From an uncultured virus (IMG/VR IMGVR_UViG_3300010358_000002) (taxonomy: Duplodnaviria > Heunggongvirae > Uroviricota > Caudoviricetes): a DNA stretch of 64,000 bases. A program made the translations under genes and the position numbers. The notes beneath the pieces were generated by a model. It was not told where the DNA came from, searched no databases, and was given only the letters and a program-made list of their open reading frames with translations. Positions within the stretch are counted from its first letter, which is position 1. Each line of letters starts with the position of its first letter. The DNA is taken from the IMG/VR virus record IMGVR_UViG_3300010358_000002. One strand, given 5' to 3'. This document shows, piece after piece, positions 35,943 to 45,363 of the stretch.

Positions 35943-36332
35943 ATGGCTGGACCTAACCCTACCCCGACTCAGGCACCGGCTGCGAAGCCTGCGGCCGAAA
36001 AGAAGGAGCCCAAGGCTCCGAAGGTAAAGAAGGAAGGAACCGGCGTTGCTCGGCCTCGCCTTCCCAAGTTCCCCGAAGAGCACGTGATCACTGTGCTCAA
36101 GGAGAATGCCAAGTCACGTACCGCCAACGACCGGTTCATGCGTTACAAGACCGGTATGACTGTCAAGCAGTACGTCGATAAGATCCATGCGGACTTCGAT
36201 CGTACGGATGGGCAGATCTATGCAGATATGCGTTGGGATGCAGACCATAAGTTCATCAACATCGGACCTACGGTGGTTCCGGTTCCCGTGGCTGCACCCG
36301 CTCCTGCTGCTAAGGCTCCGACTGCTGCCTAA
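35943..36332 (+). CDS. Basic protein, paralog of 5887..6294 (putative DNA-binding)
   Basis: GGAG RBS; histone-like K/A/P arms; DRFMRYKTGMTVKQY...ADMRWD..KFI. Confidence 0.85.
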   Translation: MAGPNPTPTQAPAAKPAAEKKEPKAPKVKKEGTGVARPRLPKFPEEHVITVLKENAKSRTANDRFMRYKTGMTVKQYVDKIHADFDRTDGQIYADMRWDADHKFINIGPTVVPVPVAAPAPAAKAPTAA

Positions 36333-36347
36333 GATTCCTGGGCTACT

Positions 36348-36378
36348 GGGACCCCGAGACCATCGGGGTCCTCTTTTT
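36348..36378 (+). terminator. Intrinsic terminator
   Basis: ggaccccga-gacca-tcggggtcc followed by TCTTTTT. Confidence 0.75.
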
Positions 36379-36383
36379 ACCCC

Positions 36384-37082
36384 ATGAATTTGATTATCCT
36401 TGATACTGAGACGTCGGACTTGGATCCAGATAAAGGAGCCAAGCTTTTAGAAGTTGCCTGGATCGAACTTAATGACACTGGTCAAGGATGGATCCAAGTA
36501 GGTTCCGGTGAATATTACATTGAACATCCTTCTTCTCTTGTTATTAATCCTCATGCTCAAGCTGTACACCATATTCGAGCAGATATGTTAACCAAGGAAA
36601 AGGGAGCATTGTCAAGATATGAAGTTATTAGAACCTTGCTTGCTCACATACAGACCGACACACTTCTTGTTGCACATAACGCCGAATTCGACTCACGATT
36701 CCTTCCAGAGGTTAATAGACCCTGGATCTGTACCTTCCGAGCAGCAAAGCATGTCTGGCCCGGAGCTCCCGGTTATAGCAATCAGGTACTTCGCTATTGG
36801 TTAGGTCTTAAACCAGATCTGCCCAATGGCAGATTTCCTCATCAAGCTTTGTACGACGTGTCGGTGACTACTGGTATTCTGTTAAAGATGCTGGAAAGAT
36901 TCTCGCCAGAGCAACTATTGAGTCTTTCTAAGAAGCCAGTTCGACTAAAGACTATTGGATTTGGCAAGCACCGCGGTCAAGACTTCAACCAAATACCCCG
37001 AGACTATTTGATTTGGTTGCGTAGTCAACAGAACCTAGACTCCGATCTAGTACACACACTAGATTCTATCTTAAAGCCATGA
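36384..37082 (+). CDS. DEDDh 3'-5' exonuclease, exodeoxyribonuclease X-like
   Basis: DTET, HNAEFD, ICT, HQALYD; C-terminal FGKHRG..IP.DYL.WL. Confidence 0.88.
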   Translation: MNLIILDTETSDLDPDKGAKLLEVAWIELNDTGQGWIQVGSGEYYIEHPSSLVINPHAQAVHHIRADMLTKEKGALSRYEVIRTLLAHIQTDTLLVAHNAEFDSRFLPEVNRPWICTFRAAKHVWPGAPGYSNQVLRYWLGLKPDLPNGRFPHQALYDVSVTTGILLKMLERFSPEQLLSLSKKPVRLKTIGFGKHRGQDFNQIPRDYLIWLRSQQNLDSDLVHTLDSILKP

Positions 37083-37507
37083 AAGACGGCAACCTAAGAA
37101 TCATCTTTCGTATACGATTTAGGTCATGGCAGTGGACAAGTGTAGAGACGGCTGGAACTGCCAGTGGTGTTCCCGATAGTGAATTCTGTAGCCCTATTGG
37201 GAAACAGGGCTGGATTGAATTTAAACAGACCCACATTAACCGGGTGAATATCAGACCATTTCAGGTTTCATGGCTCTTGCAACGTTCCCGGTATGGGGGC
37301 AATGCTTGGATTGCTGTACGCCGTACTCCTAACTCACAAAGAAAAGCAGGAGCGGATGACTTAATACTAATGGAAGGAAATCAAGCTCAGGCATTATTTG
37401 AGGGAGGGATTACTAACACTTACAGAAAAGAGTGGCATGGTGGTGAAAGCAACTGGAACTTTCAAGAAATTAGCGATATACTCAATGGCTTGGCATCAAT
37501 AAGGTAA
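37079..37507 (+). CDS. PD-(D/E)XK nuclease (VRR-NUC/resolvase-like)
   Basis: GVPD...WIEFK...RPFQVSW. Confidence 0.75.
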   Translation: MKDGNLRIIFRIRFRSWQWTSVETAGTASGVPDSEFCSPIGKQGWIEFKQTHINRVNIRPFQVSWLLQRSRYGGNAWIAVRRTPNSQRKAGADDLILMEGNQAQALFEGGITNTYRKEWHGGESNWNFQEISDILNGLASIR

Positions 37508-37542
37508 CGTGCTAATATAGCTTTACAACCAGGGAGAATGAA

Positions 37543-37782
37543 ATGGCAAAGGACAGGAAACTGAAACTTCGTAGCCATAGTGCTGAGGGAATAAGTGAGC
37601 AAGAAACTAGCCTACCTGCTCCTTCATTCACCACGCGAGAGGTAACTCCACGTTTATCTTTAGCAGATATTCGTGCAGCAGCACTTAAACAACGAACAGA
37701 TGTTGCACATACGATTGCAGATTTAGAAGCATGGGCTGCGGAGATTGCAGCTACCATCGCTTTTCTAAAGGGGAGGGGTTAA
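37543..37782 (+). CDS. Hypothetical protein
   Basis: Promoter at 37490-37518; GGAG RBS. Confidence 0.6.
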   Translation: MAKDRKLKLRSHSAEGISEQETSLPAPSFTTREVTPRLSLADIRAAALKQRTDVAHTIADLEAWAAEIAATIAFLKGRG

Positions 37783-38228
37783 TGGCTCGTCAAAAAATGA
37801 GACATGTGGAATGCACACTTGAAGTAGCAGTTAAGAGTGGGCTAGATGAACTCACAGCTTTGGCTGAGGAGATTCGGGAAGTTGTTGATAGTGCGGAAGG
37901 TGGTCGTGCCCAGACTCAACGTATCCAAACACTGGATGAAACAGCCAGCACATTGGAAGAGATTAATGAACCTACCATCGAAGGCGAAATAGCCCAGATC
38001 AATGTAGTATATGTTGAGAACATACCGAGCGGTCGTAAAGGTTTATCCCGTCGTGTTAGATGCGACAATGCTCTCAATGCATTAGATGCAGCTATCCAGG
38101 CAATACAAGAAAAGGCCGACGAGCTTGAAGAAGGGGACCAAAAGAAAGAATTAGAAGGGCTAGTGAATGAACTCGAGGACATAAAAGGGAATGCCGAGGC
38201 ATGTGAATTCCCCGGCATGTTTGGATAA
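37782..38228 (+). CDS. Acidic helical protein
   Basis: GGAGG RBS; TAATG overlap. Confidence 0.65.
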   Translation: MARQKMRHVECTLEVAVKSGLDELTALAEEIREVVDSAEGGRAQTQRIQTLDETASTLEEINEPTIEGEIAQINVVYVENIPSGRKGLSRRVRCDNALNALDAAIQAIQEKADELEEGDQKKELEGLVNELEDIKGNAEACEFPGMFG

Positions 38229-38443
38229 TGGAGAAAGCTTTGAAAGATCTAAGACGTGAAAATCAACTTTTGCGAAGCCTAGTGGTGGACTTATCAACTC
38301 TTCTTAAGGAACTTCTTGAGGTAATGCCATCAGGTATACGGGAGCAAGAAAACGTACAACGAATGCTGGAGCTCTCAGAAAAGTTAATCCACTATGGAAT
38401 TGATTATGGATCCCCACTACCAGCATCAGATCACAGCGAGTAA
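38228..38443 (+). CDS. Hypothetical protein
   Basis: TAATG overlap. Confidence 0.55.
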   Translation: MEKALKDLRRENQLLRSLVVDLSTLLKELLEVMPSGIREQENVQRMLELSEKLIHYGIDYGSPLPASDHSE

Positions 38444-39893
38444 TCTTCTAGCGGAAAATGATTTCTATGCTCTGATCATGGAGCAGGGCACCGGTAAGTC
38501 GCGGCCAATAATCGACGACTGGCTGGCACGAGTGGCAGCGGGAACAGCTCAGGATCTTGTCATATTAGCCCCGAAGGGCTGTTATCTAAATTGGATAGGA
38601 ACTGATGAGGAGCCTGGCGAACTCACATTGTGGATCCCTCCAGAACAGTTTGCCACTATCAACATCGGATATTGGCGATCTGGAGGTACTGTAGCACACC
38701 GGCAAGCTCTTAGCAATCTCCTACATGCTAAGAGCCCACGCTTCTTAGCTATGAATATAGAAGCTCTTAATCGTCCCGGCAAAGCACGTGAGTATCTTCT
38801 TAAATTTATTGAAGGCCATGAGGTCATTGGTGTTATAGATGAATCCACCACCATATGCCATGAGGAGGCCGCACGTACCGAATGGATTTTAGAAAACTTA
38901 TCATACCTATTTGTGGCTCGTCGCATTCTTACCGGGTTGGTTGCGCCCGAAAGCCCGATGGACCTGTACACTCAGTACCGGTATTTAGATTGGCAGATTA
39001 TAGGGCAGAAGACCTTTTGGGGGTATAAGAATAGATATGGTATAGTTCAACAAATAGACTTCCGCCCTGCTGCCCAAAAAGTTATGGATGAGATACACAG
39101 AAAATTTTATAGGAAGCCTACCGTTGTCGTCGGCTATCGAAACCTAGAAGAATTGACTGAAAAGATAATGACTAAAAGTTATCGAGTTCTTAAGAAAGAT
39201 GTGCTTGACCTACCACCCAAGATCTACCAGTTTTGGGATGTAGAATTAACCGCAGAACAAGAGCGTGTCTATACTAATATGAAGAATATAGCCACGGCTC
39301 AATTAGAAAGTGGTGAATTTACCACAGCATCGCAAAAGCTTGACCAGTTGGGCAAGCTTCAACACATCCTTTGTGGGCATGTGAGGACAGAAGGCGGGGA
39401 GCTTGAGGATATACCAGAATTCCGCACCGACGCCGTAGTTGAGATCCTACATCAAACTGCTGATAAGGCAATCATATGGTGTCCGTGGCCACGAGCATTG
39501 CAAAAAATTCGGGACCGCCTTCACAAGGAATTTGGTCCCGAAAGTACCGCCAGCTTCTGGGGAGAAACGTCGTTAGACGAGCGCCTTGAGGCTAGAGCAC
39601 GTATTCAGCATGATGACACTTGTCGTTTTATTGTCAGTAACCAGAGTGTTGGAAAATTTGGTAATACCTGGACGGCCTGTAATGTGGTAATATACTATGC
39701 GAATAGTTTCGATAACGAGGATAGGCAGCAGAGTGAGGACAGAGCACATCGCATAGGTCAAACAAGATCAGTGACCTATATAGATCTGCGAGTTCGTGGG
39801 ACGGTGGACGAAAAGCTAATCAGGGTGCTGCGTAAGAAGATAAACATCAGTTCCACACTTCAAGGTGATGAGTTCAGATCATGGCTAATATGA
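38394..39893 (+). CDS. SNF2-family (SF2) helicase/ATPase
   Basis: MEQGTGKS, DEST, LTG, LDLPPK, QSEDRAHRIGQ. Confidence 0.9.
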   Translation: MELIMDPHYQHQITASNLLAENDFYALIMEQGTGKSRPIIDDWLARVAAGTAQDLVILAPKGCYLNWIGTDEEPGELTLWIPPEQFATINIGYWRSGGTVAHRQALSNLLHAKSPRFLAMNIEALNRPGKAREYLLKFIEGHEVIGVIDESTTICHEEAARTEWILENLSYLFVARRILTGLVAPESPMDLYTQYRYLDWQIIGQKTFWGYKNRYGIVQQIDFRPAAQKVMDEIHRKFYRKPTVVVGYRNLEELTEKIMTKSYRVLKKDVLDLPPKIYQFWDVELTAEQERVYTNMKNIATAQLESGEFTTASQKLDQLGKLQHILCGHVRTEGGELEDIPEFRTDAVVEILHQTADKAIIWCPWPRALQKIRDRLHKEFGPESTASFWGETSLDERLEARARIQHDDTCRFIVSNQSVGKFGNTWTACNVVIYYANSFDNEDRQQSEDRAHRIGQTRSVTYIDLRVRGTVDEKLIRVLRKKINISSTLQGDEFRSWLI

Positions 39894-40147
39894 CAAGCGA
39901 TGGCTTCTACATAGCAAAGTCGGGTCGTAAGTATCGTAATCCTCCTGGTCGTCCGCTACGTGAAGGGCCAACAGACCCTGCCCTAATTCGAAAGATCGTG
40001 CGGCTAAGAGACAAACATAATATGGACTGGAGAACTATAGGGGAGACATTGAACCTAAGTCACCAGGCCCCCTTCCTCCTTTACAAAAGATGGAAGCTCT
40101 GGGCCACTCTTCAAAAAAACCAGGAGGTAAGAGATGGAGCCGCGTGA
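39890..40147 (+). CDS. HTH DNA-binding protein
   Basis: IVRLRD..MDWRTIGETLNLS. Confidence 0.6.
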   Translation: MTSDGFYIAKSGRKYRNPPGRPLREGPTDPALIRKIVRLRDKHNMDWRTIGETLNLSHQAPFLLYKRWKLWATLQKNQEVRDGAA

Positions 40148-40589
40148 ATTTGTAGATCTGGAGCTCAAGCTCCTACATCAAATGTTCGACATACAGCAAG
40201 AAATCTACCCAATGGCTGTTCTAGTCAAAGATGGCAATAGATTCCAAGTTCCCATCAACTACACCAATACAGCTCATAAAGAAATTGTCGCTCAAGGTAT
40301 AAAGGATCTGGTGAAAAAATCAGAACCTGATATAGTGGTCTATGTAGCAGAAGCTTGGGCCAAGATCGTTCGAGATAAGCTTGACCGGTTAGATATAGCT
40401 GCACATGACCCAGACAAATACGAAATTGTCGTAGTGCAAATTGAATTCAAAACCGGGGAGAAGTACGGGGCAGAAGCTCAGATTACTATGTACGAAGGTA
40501 AGAGATTACTGAAAGACTGGGAGATTGTAGACTGTAATATGAGCATGGGGCGCTTCATGGACTTCTTCCCCGCAAAACGACTACATTGA
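40134..40589 (+). CDS. Hypothetical protein
   Basis: AGGAGG RBS; 151 aa. Confidence 0.7.
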   Translation: MEPREFVDLELKLLHQMFDIQQEIYPMAVLVKDGNRFQVPINYTNTAHKEIVAQGIKDLVKKSEPDIVVYVAEAWAKIVRDKLDRLDIAAHDPDKYEIVVVQIEFKTGEKYGAEAQITMYEGKRLLKDWEIVDCNMSMGRFMDFFPAKRLH

Positions 40590-40633
40590 TGGAAAAAAGC
40601 GTTTTTGGCTAGGTACCGTAGGTACCGGGGCTC

Positions 40634-40650
40634 CTGTTAATGGCATTACA
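40634..40650. promoter_or_regulatory. 17-bp motif CTGTTAATGGCATTACA, copy 3
   Basis: In the convergence gap between the replication and lysis blocks. Confidence 0.6.
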
Positions 40651-40870
40651 ACCCTGTTTGCGGGTCCCTGATGCAGCCTGAAAGCGTGGGGTTTATGCTG
40701 CCGCGTGGCAGTTTCAGGCTGACTACTACCAGGATACCATGAGGGTGAAATATAAGGCGGATGGTCTATCCATAAGTACCGAGAACAAGCATTATAGATA
40801 TATGTATGAGTTAGAGTACGAGCAGTAGTCAACTCCCGGTATTGTTGTAGAGTGTATGGCCACGGCATGA

Positions 40871-42358
40871 TTACACGCTGATGACCTCTTGTGAATCTAT
40901 ATAGTCCTGCACCGCCTTGAACATTTCGTCTGCATCTTTCTTAAGTTCGACCTCATGTCTATTAATCGGGCCATAGTGATTGCAGAGGTTTCGCAGTGTA
41001 AGAGCATGAGTTTCAACAGCAAACGCGGGCATCATCTTGCAAAGTCTCTGAAACAGAAGTCCTGGTCCACTGCCAAAGCATTCCCAATCATCATCATCAC
41101 ATGAAACATCTTCTGCAAATGCTTCTCGATAACCGGGTGACTGGCCAGTTCCATATTCAGCCATTAGTAGATTGAATTCTGGATCACTGGCACCATTGGC
41201 ATTGTATGAAGTTTGGAACGTCCCTGCCTCACAGGTATCAGCATCCACATTATCTGCACTCTGGTCCCGACCGCAGCAATACTGGCCTGAAGATTCCCGC
41301 ATACCTGAGCCAAGCATCAAAGCATATAGATGACGTAGCGTATCCGCACCATCCTTGCTATTGCTCATACCCTGTGAACGAAAATCTGCACCGTACACCT
41401 TCAATGCATCTTTATCAGAAGTAGTCACAGCCTTGGCCATTTCCATTGCTGCCGGATGCTGAGCTTTCAGCTTCAAATATGTTTGAGCGAAAGCTAAGGC
41501 CATGCCCTGAACATAACCGGTAGGAGCTTGGCCACGATCTTGCCAGCTATAGGCCGCGATTCTTGAATTATTGGCAATCTCCTTTACTCTCGTCTGCTGT
41601 TGCGGCGTCAATGGATTTGGAGGTGGAACAGGTGGAGTGATGACAGCAGGGGCATCATCATAAAGTGCGCTCCAGGTCTGCTGACCACACTCACCATCAA
41701 CATCCAATCCACGTGTCCACTGATAAGCTAGAACATTATCTTCTGTAGTAGGTCCAAAGTCCCCATCTACTTCCCCGGTAAAGAAAGGAATCATACTTTG
41801 CATATCAACTACATCTGGCCCCCTGTCACCCTCCTCTAGATCAGGGCGATCTTCTACTGGAACCTGTGGTTGGTCGCCGGCAGCGACCGGCCATACGTAT
41901 TGGATTACAGTTTCAGGATCATAGCTTGCTACGTTAACTTGATCGCTTTGGTTGCCACCGCGACAGCGCAGCATGTCGCCGTCCCATTCTTCAAAAAGCG
42001 TGACATGCCCACCACCTGAGCGTGTCATCACTACGATCGTACCCGGAGTAACTCTACCGGTAGGTTTGAAATTCTTGGAATCACCCGCCCAAGCCTGTGC
42101 CCACATCCATTTATCAGTATCAGTTGGTCCGAACACTGGACGGATACCTGCTTCGGTCATACAATAAGCGACAGTCAGCCCACACCAAGCAATATCATCT
42201 CCAGTATACAGATCACAATATGACTTCATCTCAGGATAGGTACGAGCAATCGTATCAACCCATCCCATAATTTTAGGATTGTTGGCAGCGCCGCTATACT
42301 CCTTCGTGCCGGAGATCCTGCGCATTACCTCTAGCCACTTCGGAACATTATCTGCCAT
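40871..42358 (-). CDS. Modular endolysin: NlpC/P60-CHAP-like domain, PG-binding domain, lysozyme-like C-terminus
   Basis: AWCG...GGGHV...GGNQSD; VDGDFGPTT...DVDGECG..TW; MRESSG...AGTFQ. Confidence 0.8.
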   Translation of the reverse strand: MADNVPKWLEVMRRISGTKEYSGAANNPKIMGWVDTIARTYPEMKSYCDLYTGDDIAWCGLTVAYCMTEAGIRPVFGPTDTDKWMWAQAWAGDSKNFKPTGRVTPGTIVVMTRSGGGHVTLFEEWDGDMLRCRGGNQSDQVNVASYDPETVIQYVWPVAAGDQPQVPVEDRPDLEEGDRGPDVVDMQSMIPFFTGEVDGDFGPTTEDNVLAYQWTRGLDVDGECGQQTWSALYDDAPAVITPPVPPPNPLTPQQQTRVKEIANNSRIAAYSWQDRGQAPTGYVQGMALAFAQTYLKLKAQHPAAMEMAKAVTTSDKDALKVYGADFRSQGMSNSKDGADTLRHLYALMLGSGMRESSGQYCCGRDQSADNVDADTCEAGTFQTSYNANGASDPEFNLLMAEYGTGQSPGYREAFAEDVSCDDDDWECFGSGPGLLFQRLCKMMPAFAVETHALTLRNLCNHYGPINRHEVELKKDADEMFKAVQDYIDSQEVISV

Positions 42359-42544
42359 AGCATGTTCTCCTAACATAGTGACGCTGTCGTCGTGGAACTT
42401 CTAAACAAGTACGCCAGACGGTATGGCGAAGATGATGACTAACGCTATGCCACAGCTCCTCATTCCAAGGTTCACGGCGCAAGCGTTCGAAGTCCTCGAA
42501 CGCATGATAAGCGTGGCGATGTGTGGCATTAGGATCATGATGAT

Positions 42545-42742
42545 TCATTTTGGCGCACACTGCTGAAGTGTTGTGTTGAGTAGCTCCTGCCAACGCTCAC
42601 CGTTGGTGTGCTGCACATAGCCGACGAGGCCCATGAACAGCAGATTAAAGATCACAAGCGCCAGAATCGCTGGCGTCGATTTCATCGCCTCGACAACCGT
42701 GCGCGCCGTCTCGCCCGCCTCATGGCCGACGCCGGGAGTCAT
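42545..42742 (-). CDS. Small membrane protein (holin candidate)
   Basis: One TM helix; close upstream of endolysin. Confidence 0.5.
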   Translation of the reverse strand: MTPGVGHEAGETARTVVEAMKSTPAILALVIFNLLFMGLVGYVQHTNGERWQELLNTTLQQCAPK

Positions 42743-43215
42743 TTCTGTTCCTCCGGCTTTGGGTGTATCTGTCTTTCAATCTCGGCCTCACGTCTCGACA
42801 ACGCTTGGGCCGCAAGAGTGTAACCACGCCGCGCAATCCTTAATCCATTCTGAAAGGCCGTAGCATCCTGTCCTTGCGTGCTAGAGAGCCATACATCGAA
42901 GAGCCGGATCAATCGTGCCGTATACGCTTGCTCAAGAGCTTGCTTGTCCAGTGCGAGCAGTTTCGTATCCGGGGGAATGCCCGCATAGACATCTATTGGT
43001 TGACCCTGTGCGAGTGCCACAGATTGCGCATATGAGATGAGTGTAGTCTCCTGTTTAGAAGAAAGCTCGAATTGTGAAACCTTAGACTGATCTTCCCAAC
43101 CTCCGGTGAAATAGCCGAAGGCTGCAAGCGCGAATAGGATGACCAGCACGATGACTATGATCAGTATGAATCGCTGACCTACAGTCATTTCATTCAGTGG
43201 TGGTATCCGCCTCAT
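42739..43215 (-). CDS. Membrane-anchored protein (lysis accessory candidate)
   Basis: N-terminal TM helix; real start may be MTVGQ. Confidence 0.55.
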   Translation of the reverse strand: MRRIPPLNEMTVGQRFILIIVIVLVILFALAAFGYFTGGWEDQSKVSQFELSSKQETTLISYAQSVALAQGQPIDVYAGIPPDTKLLALDKQALEQAYTARLIRLFDVWLSSTQGQDATAFQNGLRIARRGYTLAAQALSRREAEIERQIHPKPEEQK

Positions 43216-43352
43216 CTTTAGGCTCCGGTGTTGGCACTAGGACTTCAGAAGGCCGCTCACGTACCAGTTCAGCACCTCTTAAGGCCAACACTAGTGCTCC
43301 TCCTGGACGCCATCGCCTTACTTTCCGCATATGCTTAGTCCATGAGTAGAAG

Positions 43353-43631
43353 TTATTGATAGGTTCCATTAGAAGTCCTCCTTATCCGAACTCGCCTAGC
43401 TTCTAGCAGCAGGGCCTTAGCGATTGCACAAGCTTCTTCATCATTCAGGAAGATGCTTTGTAATGGCTGATTTAACTGCATCACTATCAGGCCATTGGGA
43501 TGGCTTGCTATCTTCGCTTCCAGTTCCTCTGGTTCCTTGGTCTTCTTGTGGAACCACGTACCTTGGAATCTCTTCCTTAGGCTCGTCTGGTAGCTCTTCC
43601 ACGATTGTACCGATTTGCCGGGAAACGACAT
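43353..43631 (-). CDS. Hypothetical protein
   Basis: GAGGAG RBS before MSFPGK. Confidence 0.45.
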   Translation of the reverse strand: MSFPGKSVQSWKSYQTSLRKRFQGTWFHKKTKEPEELEAKIASHPNGLIVMQLNQPLQSIFLNDEEACAIAKALLLEARRVRIRRTSNGTYQ

Positions 43632-43684
43632 ACGTCGGGTTCTCCTCGGAATCTTTCGGGTTGCTTTCAAAGATCGGTGTTTCT

Positions 43685-44200
43685 TTAATAGGTGCCACCG
43701 TCAAGCCCTGTGACTTCAAATCCGCTGATGGTGACGTTGGCACTACCATCAAAACTCGCCGCTGTGGCGGTAATCGTTGTTCCACCTGTCGCAGCCAATC
43801 CGATAGTTCTTGCCGTTGCGAGTTTAACCACTGATAATGGAGTCGCATTACCATCTCCTGTCATTGTTGTATCGTGCGAAACAGCCGTGATACCTCCGCC
43901 AGGAGCAGCAGTCCAGGAAAGATTTCCCGCTCCATCTGTAGAAAGGATATTTGTATTCGCTCCGCCTGTAAGCTTGAATGCGCCGACCGCGATAGTTTTT
44001 GTACCGGTAATCGTTTGCGCGCCAGCAATCTCTACTTGTCGAGAAGCATCAACAACAGTGAGAACAGCAGCAGGAGTAGTGCCGATATATAGGCTCGCAG
44101 GACCGCCACCAGGATCATGAAATGCGAGCTCACCTTCAGATAGTGTTGTAGGAACACCGGCTGAGCCTACGCGGCGTTTGATCTTGATGGTAGCAACCAT
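43685..44200 (-). CDS. Tail fibre adaptor-like protein
   Basis: N-terminal IKIKR...L.EGELA; KLATARTI...FDGSANVTI; C-terminal DGGTY. Confidence 0.7.
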   Translation of the reverse strand: MVATIKIKRRVGSAGVPTTLSEGELAFHDPGGGPASLYIGTTPAAVLTVVDASRQVEIAGAQTITGTKTIAVGAFKLTGGANTNILSTDGAGNLSWTAAPGGGITAVSHDTTMTGDGNATPLSVVKLATARTIGLAATGGTTITATAASFDGSANVTISGFEVTGLDGGTY

Positions 44201-44209
44201 GGTGATCCC

Positions 44210-44926
44210 TTAAAGTTTGATCATGATATTCCATACCGCAGACGGTTGCATCACATTTGCGGCGGTGCTGCTGCCAGCGTTACTGATAGTTGCAGAGCCT
44301 GGATTGACGGCAACAATCCAGCTATCAACACTGTCACTGTAAATCTGTGAGCCGGAATAGACGGCAGCATTGTGACCATGGCTATGCGTCGCCAATTCAC
44401 CACTACTCTGCACGTGGCTCTCTTCACCAAAATATGCGCCGAGTGTTCTGCTGGTCAAACCAGCACCAGTGCCGCCGATGATCAGTGCACGGCCGAGTTC
44501 ACGCGGCAAATAGATACGGCGATGCGCCGCCCAATCGGCGGCGGCACTCGCGCCGCGCGAAACCTTGTTGCCCGAGCTGTCATAAACTCCACACCATGTA
44601 TCACTGATATTATTCCAAAGCAGCGTGAACAACGCTTGACAATCAGCATTGGCGCGCGTGGTCCCATTCGAGGACGCGTCACCAATGTTTCCATCATCCA
44701 TTAAAACCCAACCGGTATCTGCCGTAGTTTTCAGCGTTAGCTTGGCATCACCGGTTGTAAATCCACCACCTCCAGTAGGATTAACTTGGACAATGGACCC
44801 ATCACTTCGACCAATGTAAAGCCCGCCATCCACCTCATTGAATGCAAGTTCACCAACGCCTAAACTAGATGGAGCACCAGCCGCACCACCAAGCGCCCGT
44901 CGCTTGATTCGAATAGTTGTGGACAC
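44210..44926 (-). CDS. Short tail fibre with collar domain
   Basis: IRIKR...GELAFNE N-terminus; GDAK..GWV..DG collar; HSH; NVMQP..WNIMIKL. Confidence 0.8.
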   Translation of the reverse strand: MSTTIRIKRRALGGAAGAPSSLGVGELAFNEVDGGLYIGRSDGSIVQVNPTGGGGFTTGDAKLTLKTTADTGWVLMDDGNIGDASSNGTTRANADCQALFTLLWNNISDTWCGVYDSSGNKVSRGASAAADWAAHRRIYLPRELGRALIIGGTGAGLTSRTLGAYFGEESHVQSSGELATHSHGHNAAVYSGSQIYSDSVDSWIVAVNPGSATISNAGSSTAANVMQPSAVWNIMIKL

Positions 44927-44927
44927 A

Positions 44928-45356
44928 TCATAATCCCAATTTTTCTTCTATCTTAGTAAGTCTCTCTCGTATATCGGCTAATCCCTGTTCTATTAATTCT
45001 GCTACTGATGGTCGAGGTGGATTATCCTTTATCCATTGGTCTAAATCAGCTTTAGCCTTGGCTTCTGCTTCTGCTCGTACTTGAGCTTCTCGAGCTTCCT
45101 TACGTGAATGTAACTGAGGCGCTGCTTTTAAGATAGCATCACCTTCTGGCCATGGCATCGGCCCACCATCCACAACACTATTATTGACTGCTAAGGCATG
45201 ACGAACATTGGGTTCATATTGCCGATCAGAAATTCCTGGTGGCAACATCGGGGCAGGTTTTCCGTAATCTTTTACGAAATTTTCTGGCGTATCCCCGTAG
45301 TGTTGATCACCAGTACGAACCCAAATCATGTCTTGCATTTGATGAACTTGTAGCAT
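44928..45356 (-). CDS. Probable tail fibre assembly chaperone
   Basis: Position between two fibre genes; C-terminal coiled coil. Confidence 0.5.
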   Translation of the reverse strand: MLQVHQMQDMIWVRTGDQHYGDTPENFVKDYGKPAPMLPPGISDRQYEPNVRHALAVNNSVVDGGPMPWPEGDAILKAAPQLHSRKEAREAQVRAEAEAKAKADLDQWIKDNPPRPSVAELIEQGLADIRERLTKIEEKLGL

Positions 45357-45363
45357 TGGATCC

